A stretch of DNA of 64,000 bases from the human T2T-CHM13v2.0 reference genome, Homo sapiens, in assembly GCF_009914755.1 (NCBI RefSeq), contig NC_060928.1, one strand, 5' to 3'. Made by a program: the position numbers and the translations under genes. The notes under the pieces are model-generated. The model worked only from the letters and a program-made list of their open reading frames with translations, ran no database searches and was not told the origin of the DNA. Shown here one piece after another: positions 47,538-62,447 of this stretch. Each line of letters starts with the position of its first letter. Within the stretch, counting starts at the first letter, position 1.

Positions 47538-48067
47538 GATGTCCAATTTCATTCATAAAAAATACAAATTAAAGCCACACTGACATAGCATTTCTCAACC
47601 ATGATATGGATAGGCATTCCAAAGCTTGACAATATGAGTATGTGGTGAAGCAGATACTCTTAGCCATTGCCAGTGGGAATGTAAAATGACACAGTCCCTA
47701 TAGTGGGGAATTTGGCAATCTCTAACAAATAAAGCATTTATCCATTGGCTCAGCAATCTCACATCTAAGAAATTACCCTAAATATACACTTTCAACAGTA
47801 TGAAAATACACATGCACATGGTTATTTATTGGTTTATTGATAACTGAAAATATTAGAAATGACTTTAATTTTCAAATATAGGACATTGGTTAAATAAATT
47901 ATAGTGCACATGCCCAGTGGAGTATTGTGCAGCTGGAAAAAAAGATGAGAAAGAGCTCTATGAAGTGATATGGAGGGATTTCCATAAGCTACTTAGTGAT
48001 AAAAGCAAAGAGGAAAAAAAAAGTCTATAGAGTGAATTATTTTGTGTAAAAAATGAAAAGGGAGTAA

Positions 48068-48447
<380 letters not shown>

Positions 48448-49059
48448 TAAGGCACAGAATACTGAAGTTGGGGGAGGACAATAGAATGGAAGGAATGCAG
48501 GAGTGAGTGGCATTGTTCTGAGTATGCCTTTTTGTATGGATTTGATTTTCAGAAGTATGTTTATGTTCTACTTGTTTAAAATAAAACAAAATAAACAAAG
48601 GATGAGAAGGAGGAAAGAAAACCTAAAATAAAAAACAAACTAAAATAAATAAACCCAGTTATATTTAAAATGAATGTAAAAACCACACAAATGGGGGTTG
48701 ATCACTAATTCGAGTAACTGGCACAGTATTCCACTGTGGACTCTCAGTCTTGAGTGAGATTGAGGATTAGGGGAAAAATGCATTCCATTTAGTAGGTCTG
48801 TTTCTCCCAGTGGCCTGGGGGAAGTGTTTCAGATGTGTGATAGGACTTGAGCAAATGAGCAATGTGTCATTGATTTTGTTGAGATCCAGGGTTCTCACTA
48901 AGGAAGAAGGAATGCTCAAATATGGAGTGAGGGAAGGAAAGAAACAACTGTCTAGATTAAAATTGGAGGTTACAATCAGTGTAAGCTCATAATTGCCATA
49001 ATGTGTACATGTGTGTCCATGCACGTATATGCGCATTTGCATACATACATATGTGTGCC

Positions 49060-49265
49060 CACAGTGCACTAGAAACAGCCATTCTGGTTCAAGAGAGTGG
49101 ATTTTTTAATTTCCCAGCATTTTGTGCACCAGATGTTCAACATCACCTTATTAAAATTAAATTATATAAGTGTAAAATTAAATAAATGATATTAAAAATA
49201 AAGTAAAAAATACTCAAAACTCAAAGCTTCCTAATTAGTTTACATTTTACCATTATTATTCTACA
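49060..49265 (+). mobile_element. MER63-like hAT DNA transposon fragment
   Basis: ttattaaaattaaattatataa..attaaataaatgatattaaaaa..aatactcaaaactc..cttcctaatta resembles MER63 from memory. Confidence 0.6.
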
Positions 49266-49585
49266 GATGCAATATAGCAGCTCCTGTCTCCTGGGCAGTG
49301 GGAAGCATCATTTGAAAGAAGATTGAAGTTAATTCCCTCCCAACTCATCTGGGTTCAAATTCTGGAAATTAGTAAATACTGTAAAGTAAGACCATTTTTG
49401 TTTTGAAGATCTGGTTGTTAAGCATGTACCAGGATACATTCTGTGTATGTATATATGTAAGTATCCATGCATACATTTTCTAGTTCTATTATTATTGCAA
49501 CTTTTCTGTAAGTTTAAAATTATTTCCAAATTAAAAGTTTTCAAGATGCACATCAAAGAATTAGTGGAATATGGTCTTTGTTCAC

Positions 49586-49678
49586 TTTTTTTTTTTATTA
49601 CACTTTAAGTTTTAGGGTACATGTGCACAATGTGCCTGTTAGTTACATATGTATACATGTGCCATGCTGGTGTGCTGC
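49586..49678 (-). mobile_element. ~93-bp L1PA2/3-like 3' terminus
   Basis: Near reverse complement of 14248-14330 in this window; no clear TSD. Confidence 0.88.
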
Positions 49679-50844
49679 TTTATGTTCTGCCTCTGTCCTC
49701 TGGAACACTCACTCCAGGAGAATAGAACCTTGTTTACTTTGTGCATCACTATATCCCAAGCCCAGAAGAGACTTTGCTACAAGGTGGGTGGTTGGTAACC
49801 GTTTGCCCAATAGCAAAAAGACAAACAAATGATGAATCTTTCTCATTTAAAAGCTCAGAGAGGTTCCTGATTTATCATAGTTATGTTAGAATCTCAAACT
49901 TCTAGCCAAATTTGAATTTAACAGACTGCTGTCTTTGGTATGTAAATAGAATGCTACAGGCATTCATGGGCTTCAACATGCAGGCTGGGTCTCCCAATCT
50001 TCCCTTTCATCACTTCCAGGAAGACTAAGGCACAAGAGCTGTTTTAATCCCTGCCAGATCCCCAGCTCCTAGAACAGTGCCTGGCACACAGTAGTTTCTC
50101 AGTTAATGAAAATGGAATTTCATGGAGACTTTCCCTTTGGGATCAACACCCCATTCCCTCCATCAGCATTTACATGCACAGTCAGCCTCCCTTAATCAAC
50201 ATTCACATGACTTCATACAATGCAGAGAAGTTATTCTCAAGGGGAAAAAGTTGATAACCTAAATACACAAACCCAGTTAATAATACTTTTGAAATCAAAT
50301 AGATTATTCACTGAAAGAAAAAAATGGCCAAAGAATAAGTTCCCTTGGAAAGACAGCCAGGTCAAGTGACACAGGGTGCCCACCCTGTGATGCTATGGTC
50401 CATAATCTGTTTAGGAATATAGAATTTAGCCTTCTCTGGACAAGAGTTTCACTACAAACCTGTAGAAATGTGAATAGTTAGTCATTCATACGGGCTCCCT
50501 CTGTTTGAGGAGAGCTCTGACCTCTGATTTGCTCTGCTGCTGCTTTTGCAAATTCTCCAAACATTCATATCCTCCCCTAAGAACCTAACTACTTGGATCC
50601 TGAACTGCTTCCTTTTTGAGAGATGCCCCAGATATCATGCTCCCTAATGCTCTCATTGCACTGGGAGAGGACTTTGGGGCTTAGTAAAGTGAAGGTTTCA
50701 TGCCAGTTAGCTCCAGAGCCCCATATCAGGACCACAGACCCCAAAGAAGCAACACTAGGCTCGGCTCTTCGGCCATGCCTTAGCAAAACCAGCCCAGCGC
50801 CTCTTTTGTGGCCCACAGGGGTGTCCTCTGGGAAGGAGTTTATT

Positions 50845-51650
50845 TAATAAATACTGTTGAGCACTTACTCTGTGTCAGGCACTATTCTAAGGTGTTACAG
50901 GTATTGCCTCATTCCATCCTCACAACAGTCCTATAAACTAGTCATTAATTATTCTCACCAAATATTGTCAAGTCTCCACCTTCCAGGCACTTTCTGAACC
51001 CTGGGGCTGAGCAAAGTCATGTGACTAGTGCTGACCAACGAGCTGCACTCAAAAGTGAAGCAGGTGGCTTCCAAGCTGAGCTGTTGATTGCCAGCCCTTC
51101 TGAGCTCTCTTTTCCCTCTACCATGGGTACCAGCAATGCTCAGATGCTCCATGAAGAAGCCGTTTGTCACATGTTTTTTCCCGGCCTCAATCATGCAATA
51201 TAATTTCCTTTTTCATGATGAGGAAACTGAGGCTCAGAGAGACCAAGTGTGTTTCTCAGGTCATGTGGATGATAATAGGTAGAGGCTGGGCTCCAATCCA
51301 GTTTTGCTTCAAAGTTTAAAGGAAACTTTAATCTACATCTGTATAAACAATGTAGGCAATTGTAATCACGAGCTTCTGACAATATAGAGCAGAACTCCCA
51401 GCCAATCCACAATAAAGACAGAGCATCAGAGAGATATAACTCTCTGCTGTTGGAAACCACTGAGATCTGGGGGTATCTGTTACAGCAGTGTAACTTTCCC
51501 TCTCCTGACCATTCTCTGAGGCACGTCCTACTGTTGTCCCCCTTTTGCAGATGAGGAAACCGGGGCACAGTGATATTAAATAACTTGCCCAAGGTCACAC
51601 AACTAGTAAGCACTGGAGCCAGAATTTGAACCCAGAGAGCTTGGGAGGGA
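50845..51650. mobile_element. MIR (-) fragments interleaved with old MLT1 fragments
   Basis: ttgagcacttactctgtgtcaggcact; gatgaggaaactgaggctcagaga; taacttgcccaaggtcacacaactagtaag; ccactgagatctgggggtatctgttacagcag. Confidence 0.6.
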
Positions 51651-51749
51651 ATTAACCTTAATCTTCTTTCAACTTGCTTTTCACCCAGTAGATGATGCTT
51701 CCCACTGCCTGGGAGAGACGTGCTGAAGCCTGAGATGACTATGGAGGAA

Positions 51750-52530
<781 letters not shown>

Positions 52531-52594
52531 GGGGGACTGTCAGACCTACCGAGGACACTGCCTCTACTGCCTTTCCCATAGCTGAATACACACT

Positions 52595-52955
52595 TGCAAT
52601 GGGTTGAATGTTTGTGTCCCCACAAAATTCATGTTGAAATCCTAATCCCCAATGTAAGAATATTAGGAAATGGCATCTTTGGGAGGTAATTAGGTCATGA
52701 GATTAAAGCCCTTGTAAATGGAATTAGTGCCCTTAGAAAAAAGACCCCAGAGAACTCTCTCATCCTCTTTCCACCATATGAGAATGCGACAGGCAGTCAG
52801 CAGTCTGCAGCTCAGAAGAGAGCCCCTCACCAGAACTCAACCATGCTAGCACCCTGATCTCCAACTTGCAGCTTCCAGAACTATAAGAAATAAATTCATA
52901 TTATTTATAATCCACCCAATGTATGATACTCTGCTACAGTAGCCCAAAGACAACA
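52595..52955 (+). mobile_element. MLT1A/MLT1A0-like LTR
   Basis: gaatgtttgtgtccccacaaaattcatgttgaaatcctaatcccc...ccctcaccagaactcaaccatgct. Confidence 0.8.
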
Positions 52956-53799
52956 CTGGAGCCAAGAAAGATTTAAACTCCAAAATAGTTTGAAAAATTG
53001 TTTCAAAGCTATACAAAGTTGGAGATCAAAGGTAGCGAGGTGATGAGTGGAAATGGAGGAGAAAGAATCAAGAGTCGAGCCCTCTGCTTGGTTAAGCCAC
53101 TTCACTCTTTGGTACCACTATAGCAATGAGCATCTCCTCAATGTCATAGGCTTGTCTCCTTCCCACTTAGAGAGGAGAGCTGGGCTCAGCGCATGCTCTC
53201 CCAATTTCCCCAGGGAAAGGGAACATGAACTCTTGCCTTCTGACTGGGGAGGATGGAACTGTTTGGTCCTAGAGGTAAAGATAGGAAGCTAGTGGCCTCA
53301 AGAACTTGGCCTATAGATGTCTTGTTGGGACAGACTTCCCAATTCTGCAGAGTGGGCTTGACTCTCCACTATCCTCTACAGGGCCAACTCACTCAACTGT
53401 CTTTCTTTCCTGGTCCCCCAAAACATCAGTGTTTGAGCATCTCCAGGAAGTGTTAATGTGCCTTAGCACTAAGAGAATTAATTTCTTCCTGAAAATTTTG
53501 TCTGTTTTATCTACACTAAAAATTCATAACCCTCCTCTTAACATAACTGATCCCATTTCTTGAGCACTAATAACCTTAGCCTCATTATGCATTTGCCAGT
53601 TCCCATCCTCCTTGACAACTCCTAACCCTCCTTCCTGCACTGGGTCATATATAATGCCTCTATCATCAAAGAGCTCTTTGTCCTAAGAGTTTCCCCATAA
53701 TCACTAGGTTTCTCCACTCAACCCAAGAGGCAAGGTTGAAGAAGAATTTCTGCTATCTCTGAATGCTGGTGACTTTGGTAGCCTCCTGGAATGTAATGA

Positions 53800-54050
53800 T
53801 AGCATAGCAAGATGCCTGTTGCAGAGGAAAAAGGACTGTCCCTAAAACCAGACAGTCCTGGGCTCAATCTCGGGTCTGTGTTTGGCTTGCTGAGTAAACT
53901 TGCTCAGAAAAGCCCAAAGTCTTGGTGCCTCAGTGCCTTCATGTATAAACAAAGATAGCAATACTCTGCTTGTAAAAGTTAGATGAGATAATGAAAGTAA
54001 AATCACCCCTTACTCTGCAAACACTACACAAGTACATGAGATTGCTGCTA
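53800..54050 (+). mobile_element. MIR
   Basis: ccagacagtcctgggctcaatc..gcctcagtgccttcatgtataa..tagatgagataatg. Confidence 0.55.
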
Positions 54051-54702
54051 TTTTTCAATCTGTGCACTCTCAGTTTCCTCTTACCTAATGTAATTCTCCT
54101 ATCCATGTCCAGAACTGCCAACAACCCTTGGTTTCTTCGGATTGCAACACTGTTCACAAGCCCATTGGAAGGCAGATGTGGACAATCAGAAACAATGACT
54201 TGAAGGGGAGGCATCAGTATCATTCCCATTGTAACACCTGGTATTATTTCAGAAGTACTTCCTTCCTGCCCATCCTCCCCCTACAACTACTTTCATGTTC
54301 CCTTCACAGGGATATTATAACATGATCCCTAACTTGGCTGCTTATGTCAAAGACAGTCATCTCCATAGTCTGTAATTCTTGAATACTGCAAAATCTCCAT
54401 CACCAAATAGCCCTTTAAATCGGGAAATGAATTAAGCACATCACCAACAGACGTCACCAAATAAGGGGCATGAAATACAGGAATCCACAATAGACACTTC
54501 CTGTCATACATTCCTTCATCTATTTTACTGAAACATGGAGTGATACTAATTACAAATAATAATGAGCATTCATTAATATCTCCAGTATGCCATTATGCCT
54601 TTTAACTTCTGTGTATCAGTCAGGGTTCTCTACAGAAACAAAACCAAAGGTATAGATGAAGATAGATTAGATACAGATAGAGAGAAATAGATAGATAGAT
54701 AT

Positions 54703-54753
<51 letters not shown>

Positions 54754-54873
54754 CTATTGCTGCTATTTTTCAATCTGTGCACTCCTGGTTTCCTCTTACC
54801 TAAAGTAATTCTTCTGTCCATGTCCAGAACTGGCAAAAACCCTTGGTTTCTTTGGTTTGCAACATTGTTCACA
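54041..54873 (+). repeat. 118-bp dispersed direct duplication (54041-54158 and 54756-54873)
   Basis: Ungapped hand alignment, 11 mismatches. Confidence 0.95.
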
Positions 54874-54893
54874 GTTGTATCAATTAGATAGAT

Positions 54894-54927
<34 letters not shown>

Positions 54928-55262
54928 TAGATTTAAGGAAGTGGTTCATATGATTGTGGGGCTGGCAAGTTTGAAATTTGTAGGGCAGGCCAGCAGGCTA
55001 GAATATCAGGCAGGATTGCCATGTCAGTCTTGAGGCAGAACTCCTTATTTCCCAGGAAATCTTAGTTTTGCCTTCAAGGCCTTCAACTGAGCGGATCAAG
55101 GCCACAGATATTATCAAGGCTAATCTGCTTTACTTGAAGTCAAACCATTGTAGATATTAATCCTCTCTATAAAATACCTTCCCAGCAACATCTAGACTGA
55201 TGTTTGACCAAACAACTGGGCACCCATTGCCTAGCCAAGCTGACATATAAAATTGATGATCA
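54612..55262 (-). mobile_element. MLT2 (MLT2D-like) ERVL LTR
   Basis: tgtatcagtcagggttctctacagaaac...ggctggcaagtttgaaatttgtagggcaggcc...gcctagccaagctgacatataaaatt. Confidence 0.8.
54688..54931 (+). repeat. (GATA)n and (GACA)n microsatellites, split by a 118-bp insert
   Basis: About 12 pure GATA units at ~54705-54753; about 7 GACA units at ~54897-54925. Confidence 0.93.
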
Positions 55263-55647
55263 AATCCTGTGATGAAGGCTTTTTTATAGGCCCCTTTTAT
55301 AGGGGGAACTGAAGCCCCTTGACTTTAGATAATGTATCCCAGGGGAGATGAAATATACTCCCTAATGAAGGGCAGCAAAGACCTTCTCTCTCCACTGCAC
55401 CACACTATGCTCTGGAGAGACAATTCCAGAGTTAATAGAAAAATAGAAAAAATAAGAAAAACACAAAAAATGGTCCTAGGAAAAGGCTGTCAGGAAATAG
55501 GCAGGAAAGATAACTAATAATAAGGATTCACATTACTCCATGATTCCCTATTTTCCAAATAATAAGAATTCCATTATTTCCTAAATGGGATATTATTGGT
55601 GAAAAAAAGATTTGACTGATTGTGTTGTGATGCTGTGTTCTTTAGAG

Positions 55648-56445
55648 TCTTGCTTCCTAAAATTTAATCCCAGCATTGGTATCACCTTGGAACGTCTTAG
55701 AAACGTGGACTCTCAGGCTCCATCCCAGACCCGCTAAATCAGAATGAGTCATCATTATAGCCAGAGCTGCAGGTAGATTCATTTTCTTTTCTGAGTAACA
55801 AATGGCCATAAACATAGTGACTGAAAACAACACCCGTTTATTAGCTCAAAGTTCTCTAGGTCAGAAGTGGGAGTAGAGTGTGGGACAGGGTTGGCTGGAT
55901 TCTCTACTCAGAGTTTTAACGTGCCTGAAATTAGGGAGTTGGCAGGGCTGGGCTCTTATCTGAAGGCACCAAGGAAGAATCTGCTTCAAACTCATTGAGG
56001 TTGTTGGCAGAATTCCTTTTCTTTACAACTGTAGGACTGAGATCCATGCTTCCTCACAGGCTGTGAGCTGTCACTCTTGGCTCCTAGAGGCTGCCTGCAC
56101 TCCTTCTCATGTGGTCTCCTCCAGGTTCCAAACAGCAACACGTACTGAGTATGTCTGCTTCAAATTTTCTCATACTTCAAATCTCTGTGAAATCCTATGT
56201 TGCGATCAGTGGGAGGAGGCTTTCTGCCTTTTAGGGCACATGGGATCAGATCGGGCCCACCCCAGATCTTAAGGTCAACTGTATCATATAATGAAACTTC
56301 ATCAGTGGAGTGATATTTCATCACATTCACACATTTTCAGGATTACAGTGGGACATCTTTGAGAGACCAGGAGCTCATCTTTGAATTCTGCCTATCACAC
56401 CAGTGAGTTCCATGTACAATATTAGAGCTTGAAAATCACTATTTT
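55648..56445. mobile_element. MER5A-like element split by an MLT1E/F-like LTR (~55773-56399, -)
   Basis: ctctcaggctccatcccagacccgctaaatcagaa ... gcttgaaaatcact; LTR ends gaattctgcctatcaca. Confidence 0.65.
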
Positions 56446-58821
56446 ATAACATTTAGAATTATGGATTCATCCACATGCTTCATTCTAAAAATGTATGTCA
56501 CAGGAGATTCTCACAATGTGGCTAACAAATATAGCTCATTTGAGATTGTGCTTGCACATGCATTATCTCATTTCATTCTCCAAACAGCATGGGTATGAAG
56601 AAGACACTTCCCTTCTCAGGGAGCCTCAGTGTCCTGCTGCAGACTTGCTATGTTACCTAAGGCAGGTAACTCAGCCTCCTCAGTTACCTGCCCTTTGTGC
56701 ACAGAACAGCTAGTGTTCGAACCCAAACTCCCACTTAAAAGTCAACCATGCTTTCTCCTTCTCTCCTTCCTCCAAATAACATCCCCGTACACTTACCCCA
56801 ATACATATGCTGGTGTTAGTAGATTATTATAAAAGCAACTCTGGTATTAAGCACATTTTTACCGAAGCACAAAAGACTGATAGATTGACTCATTAATTGG
56901 TTCAGCAATTATACAGTGAGTGACTGGCTGCTATGTGACAGGCTTGTTCATTTGTGACCAGGACCAACTCAAATCCTTATCTTCACCGGAGTGGCATGCC
57001 AGCAGCTAGACAACAGCTGAGCATTCCAGGACTAATGGCATAGGATGACTATGAGGGGTTCAAACCTGGTCTAGGAGGCTCAGGAAACCCTACCATTGTG
57101 GTTTGCAATTTATGAGAGTTAATCCAAAGAGAGAGCATTTAAGTAGCATTTTTGAGGATATATTTTTGGATTGGTGTCTTTTCTCTAAAATGCCTCAAAC
57201 CACACCACACCCTGAGTGTAATGTAGGCATATTTGAAGGCAGGAAACATGGTCTCTAGACCTGGCATCAGCAGCTGTCATTGGGAACATCATGTCCTAGC
57301 TCTGAGCCTCTGCTTTTGAAAAACGATGTTTGGAGAAAAATAACTCTGTGGTCTGTCTGTTAAAGGACACTGCTCTAGAGATAGTGGTGAGATGTAAGGA
57401 GGAGCTCATAGAACGAGAGGGCCAAACACCTGGAAACCATCTCTTAGAAACCACCCCAGCCCTGGTGACCCCAGGCTCTGCTGTCAGTCCACTGAGCTGG
57501 GTGGACAGCTGGATCTAGTCACTAAGCAAAACCCAGAAAAGCTGGTGGCAACAGAGTGGGCCAAAAAGAGGTGCCCTGGAAGAACTCTACTGCGGACAAC
57601 TTTCTGCACAGTGCTTCCTCATGCCTGAAGCAAACAACTGGGTTCAGTAATGTCATGGATCCCTTCCAGCTATGGGACTAGATTCTTGTTGAAAACACCA
57701 AACGATATCCCTCAGCATCCACCATCAGCCACTTTCTCTTTTGACGTTTTAACAGTTCAGATGGAAAACGGTTGGGAACTCAGTTTCTGATGCCTAGTGA
57801 GTCATGTCATCAAGTTAAGTGATACCATCTGCATACTTTGTTTCATCTGGAAGGCTTTTAAAGTATTTTTTAAGGAGTTGAAACAGCTGGCCACCAGATG
57901 CCAGTCTCCACTTCTTAAGTTGTGTTGGTGGCTTATAGTTGGGATAACCTGACCAATCCTTACTCAAGTTGGTGCCTAGTTACCTCTAGGCTGGACTTTT
58001 GTTGTTATGTGGCATTTAAATCCAGGACAATGGAAGGTTTAATGAAAAGAAGGTAAAGATGAGCAAGAAGTATTGTCCTAAGGATAGAGTGGCTGTAGCC
58101 AATAAAAGTTTTCGAATTTTAGTTTAGAACCTTGTGCCTAGATAAGTAAATAAATTAAAATAAATATATAAAAATAAGACCAGTTTGTAGGTAATAATTC
58201 AAAACAACTACCAAATCGCAGTACATTTCAATATTTTCCAACATTTATCAGACATATATCTGTGATACGATAATATGAGGACGACTCACAGCATGTCTGA
58301 AGATCAATAAATCATCATAATTTTTGCCAAATACTATAGCATTTGCTTTTCTGAACAGAACATGCAAGCTGAAGGGAAGAGTCAGAATTCTCAAGATAAT
58401 TGAGGAAATTATTTGCAGGGTTTTTTTTTTTTTGTCTAAATCAATTTTGTAATAAAATGCAACTGTTTTATATGTACAGTTCAGTGAGTTGTGACCACTG
58501 TCTACCATTGTAACCAACACCACAATCAAGACATAGGAAATTCCCATCACCCTCTAACGCTTTGCTGGAGCCCCTTTGCTTTCAGTCCTACTCCTATCCC
58601 CAGTCCAGGCAACCAGTGATCGGCTTTGTCACTATTGATTGGTTTTGCCTGTTCTAGAATTTCATGAAATCACACAGTATCTTCTCTTTTGTATCTGGTT
58701 TCTTTGGCTCAGCATAGTGTTTATGAGATTTGTCCATGTTACATATATCAGATAGGATTTACACAATTTATTTATGTATTCACCTATTGATGGACATTTG
58801 GATTGTTTCCAGTTTTATTGC

Positions 58822-59176
58822 TGATATGGTTTGACTGTGTTCCCACTCAAATCTCACCTTGACTTGTAATAATCCCACCGTGTCAAGGGCAGGACCAGGT
58901 GAACATAATTGAATCATGGGGGTAGTTTCCCCCATACTGTTCTCACGGCAGTGAGTAATTCTCACAGATCTGATAGTTTTACAAATGAGGCTCTCCTGCA
59001 CAAGCTCTCTTTGCCTGTTGCCATGTGAGATGCGACTTTGCTCCTCATTCACCTTCCGCCATGATTGCAAGGCTTCCCCAGCCATGTGGAACTGTGAGTT
59101 AATTAAACCTCTTTCCTTTACAAATTACCCAGTCTCAGATATGTCTTTATTAGCAGCATGAGAACAGACTAATACA
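58822..59176 (+). mobile_element. THE1 (THE1C-like) solo LTR
   Basis: tgatatggtttg...agactaataca; perfect TSD attgc. Confidence 0.92.
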
Positions 59177-59320
59177 ATTGCTGAGTAGTGTCTTATCATT
59201 TGGATGTAATATAGATATATCACAAATTGTTCATTTATTCACTTATAGATGGATATTGTATTTCCATTTTTTTGCTATCATAAACTAGGCTGCTATGAAT
59301 ATTTTTTATTAACTTCTTTT

Positions 59321-59681
59321 TGGCTTACATCTGTAATCTGAACACTTTGGGAGGCCAAGGTGGGAGGATTACCTGAGCTCACAAATTTGAGATTAGCCTG
59401 GGCAACAAAGTGAGACCCTGTCTCTACCAAAAAAAAAAAAAATTGTTTAAATTAGCCTCTACAAAAAAAAAATGTTTAAATTAGCCAGGTGTAGTGGCAT
59501 GCCCCTGTGGTCCCAACTACATAGGAGGCTGAAGCAGGAGGATCGCTTGGGCCCAGGAGGTCGAGCCTGCAGTGAGCCATGTTCGTACCACTGCACGGGT
59601 GGTTCGTACCACTGCACAGCCTGGGTGACACAGTGAGACCCTGTCTAAAAAAAATAAAAATAAAAACAAACAAACAAAAAA
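59321..59681 (+). mobile_element. AluJ-like SINE with two internal duplications
   Basis: ggaggatcgcttgggcccaggaggtcgag; duplicated linker and duplicated gttcgtaccactgcac. Confidence 0.88.
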
Positions 59682-60089
59682 CTATTGTAGACATATTCTT
59701 TCATTTATCTTGGGTAAATAACCTAAGAATGGAATTGCTAGGTTTCATGATAAGGGCATATTTAAGTTTTTATGAAAGTGCCAAACAGTGGTTGTCCCAT
59801 TTTATATTCTCATCAGCACTGCACCAGAGTTCTAGTTGCTCCATATACTTGTCAGCTTTTGGCACTGTTAATCTTACATTTTAGCCTTGATAGTAGGTAT
59901 GTAGTGTTGCATTACTATATTTTAAACTTGCATTTCCCTAATGAGATGGACATTTACAATATGTTTTAAGGTCAGAAGAAATGACAACTGGACTCAGGAG
60001 CAAAGAAGGAAGGTTAATGGGTTGAGTTACCATATATTCTGGTGTGTCGAAGACAGTCTTGGTTTACACTTAGTATTCTGGTGTAATAC

Positions 60090-60459
60090 TGCATTAGTCA
60101 GCTCAGGCTGCCATAACACAACACCATAGTCTAGGTGGCTTAAACAACAGAAATTTATTTCTCTTGGCTCTGGAATTGGCCAAGTTCAAGATCAAGGTGC
60201 CAGCAAATTCAGTTCCCCAATAAAAGTTTTCCTTCTTGTTTGGAGACAGCTGCCTCCTCTCTGTGTCCTCACATATTAGAAAGTGAAGAAGCAAGCTCTC
60301 TCATGTTTCTTCTTATGAGGACAATCATCCCATCATGAGGGCCACCCTCATGACCTCATCCAAACTTAATTACCTTACAAAGGTCCCACCTCCAAATACC
60401 ATCACATTGGAAGATAGGGCTTCAACATGTGAATTTGGAGGACACAGCTCAGCTCATAG
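60090..60459 (-). mobile_element. MLT1A0-like LTR
   Basis: ggctgccataaca..ggtggcttaaacaacagaaatttatttctc..ctccaaataccatcacattgg. Confidence 0.82.
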
Positions 60460-60678
60460 CCTTGTAATGGCAAGGCTTTGAATTAAGTTTTGCTGTTCAA
60501 TGTGTGATGTAATCCATCTCTTCCCAAAGCCTTTAGTAAATCTACATCTCTCATCAACTTTTAAGTTCGGATTTGTGTTTATAAATCTGATCCCAAGAGC
60601 AGCTTGCCCAACAAGACCCCTTCATATTCATGCTACAATTATTGTAGGTTTCAATTATATTAAAAAGTATGCCCTACT

Positions 60679-60866
60679 ATTAAGAATGATATAATGAACT
60701 TTGTGGACTAAGAGGAGGAAGGTTGGGAGTGGGTGAAGGATAAAAGACTACAAACTGGATACAGTGTACACTGCTTGGGTGACGATGCACTAAAATCTCA
60801 GAAATCACCACTAAAGAACTTATCCATGTAACCAAAAACTACATGTACCCCAAAAATCATTGAAAT
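60679..60866 (+). mobile_element. 5'-truncated L1PB-like 3' end
   Basis: ggataaaagactacaaa..aaatcaccactaaagaactta; 17-bp TSD aaaaagtatgccctact / aaaaagtatgcactact. Confidence 0.88.
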
Positions 60867-62447
60867 AAAAAGTATGCACTACTCTATGCTTCATACTATT
60901 GAACCATTAGCTTTCTTCTAGATACAGTCTGGTATTTTGGTTTGAAGAATGAAGCTTACAGCATAAATTGTGATGCAAATTTCAAAAAACAATATTATCA
61001 ATGAAAACATATAATATCAAGTTTGAGCTAATTTGAAAATAAATTTGAACATTTATCCTCTCATAGATTTCTATAACATTTTCTTTTGACCCTTTGTGAA
61101 TTGAAAGAATCATACTCCATAATCAGGTATGAGTTTATTCATGAAAGCAAAATAAAAGTTGAGCCAAGGATTCTGTCCATTCCTGAGACCAAATCCAAGT
61201 GAACATGTTTTTTTTTTTTTAACTTTATTCCCATTCTTCTTTCATTCTGGCAATAATCTATCATCAGAATGTAATCATTTCAATTTAATATTATCTCTTC
61301 CTCATTAGGGTTCACAAGATAATGCCCATCCCCAAGCATTGTATCTGATAGCACTTAATGATTGTTTGAAAATGGGTGAAAGCATGCATGCGCACCTGAA
61401 ATTTACTTCCTAAGTCTGACCACCTTTTCACTATATAACCTTTCAAATGGTTTCAGTCTTGTGTGGCTTCCTTTGGCATTTTTTAAAATGTGTAGATAAA
61501 CACAGGATATTATGTGAAGCACCATGGATAATAGAAAGTTACAAAAGTTCAAGACATAATCCCAGCTCTTGAAAAACTTAGACTTTAGTATAGGAAAATG
61601 AAAACCACACGCACACACACAAAGGCACATACATGAAGAGTATGACATGGAGCAGAAAGTGGTAAGTACCCTGTGAGTGAGATAAACTACTACAGCTTGA
61701 CAGCATTGAGATTCCTTGTAAACAGAGCTTTACTCTGCCAAGAGAACTATGCATGCAAGAATTAATAGCCAAGTGAGGGATAAAGTCATGCTTTTATTAA
61801 CAGCTGAACCAGTGCCCATTAATACCACCCTCTGGTCGGGGAGAAGAAAAACTGATCTCTGGGAGTGGTGTTGAAAAGCACAAGGCTTATGCTTCGAAGT
61901 TGAAACAAACCTTGCTACTCTCAGCTTCTAACCCCTTAATCTGCAAAGCCAGTGCTAAATCCAGGTTTTTTTTTTACTCAACTATACAGACCCAAGATCT
62001 AAAACACACTAAAATAATGGTGGATTCACTCTGTAGGGAGATGACTTGCCTGTAACTACACGAAAACAGAAAACTGAAAATCATCCACCTCACCTGAGGA
62101 CAGGAAAAAAAATATGTACACAAGAGGATTGCCCACCCTAAGAAGATAGATAATTCCTTGTTCTACCACAGAATAGGAGGAGAATTCAGCCAAAGAAGCC
62201 GTAAACATTCAACGTTGCGTCCCCACAAATAGTGAATCATGGCCAGTGAATTACATTCTTGGACCAAGCAGATGATAATGCCTTTTCTGTTAGAGGGAAA
62301 CTAGACAAGGGAAAGAAGATTATGGAAAGGGAAGGCAAGTATCATTACATGAATGTGCTTTGCACAATATTTGTACCATAATGTGCTCCTCAAGTTAGCA
62401 TTCTTTGAACCAAGTGTTTTGTTGTAAAACATAGAATATTTTACCCC

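Larger units (their letters stand above)
58420..59960 (-). mobile_element. L1ME-like 3' fragment, interrupted
   Basis: gtacagttcagtgagt..caccacaatcaagacatag..ttttgcctgttctagaatttcat..tgatggacatttggattgtttccag. Confidence 0.7.

Noticed and set aside
53939-54872. Paralogous small proteins (two minus-strand ORFs sharing LDMDRRITLGKRK)
   Set aside because: By-product of the 118-bp DNA duplication; the second ORF runs into a GATA repeat
57886-57906. CTCF-like motif tggccaccagatgccag
   Set aside because: A strongly conserved core G is replaced by C; a single motif match is not adequate evidence
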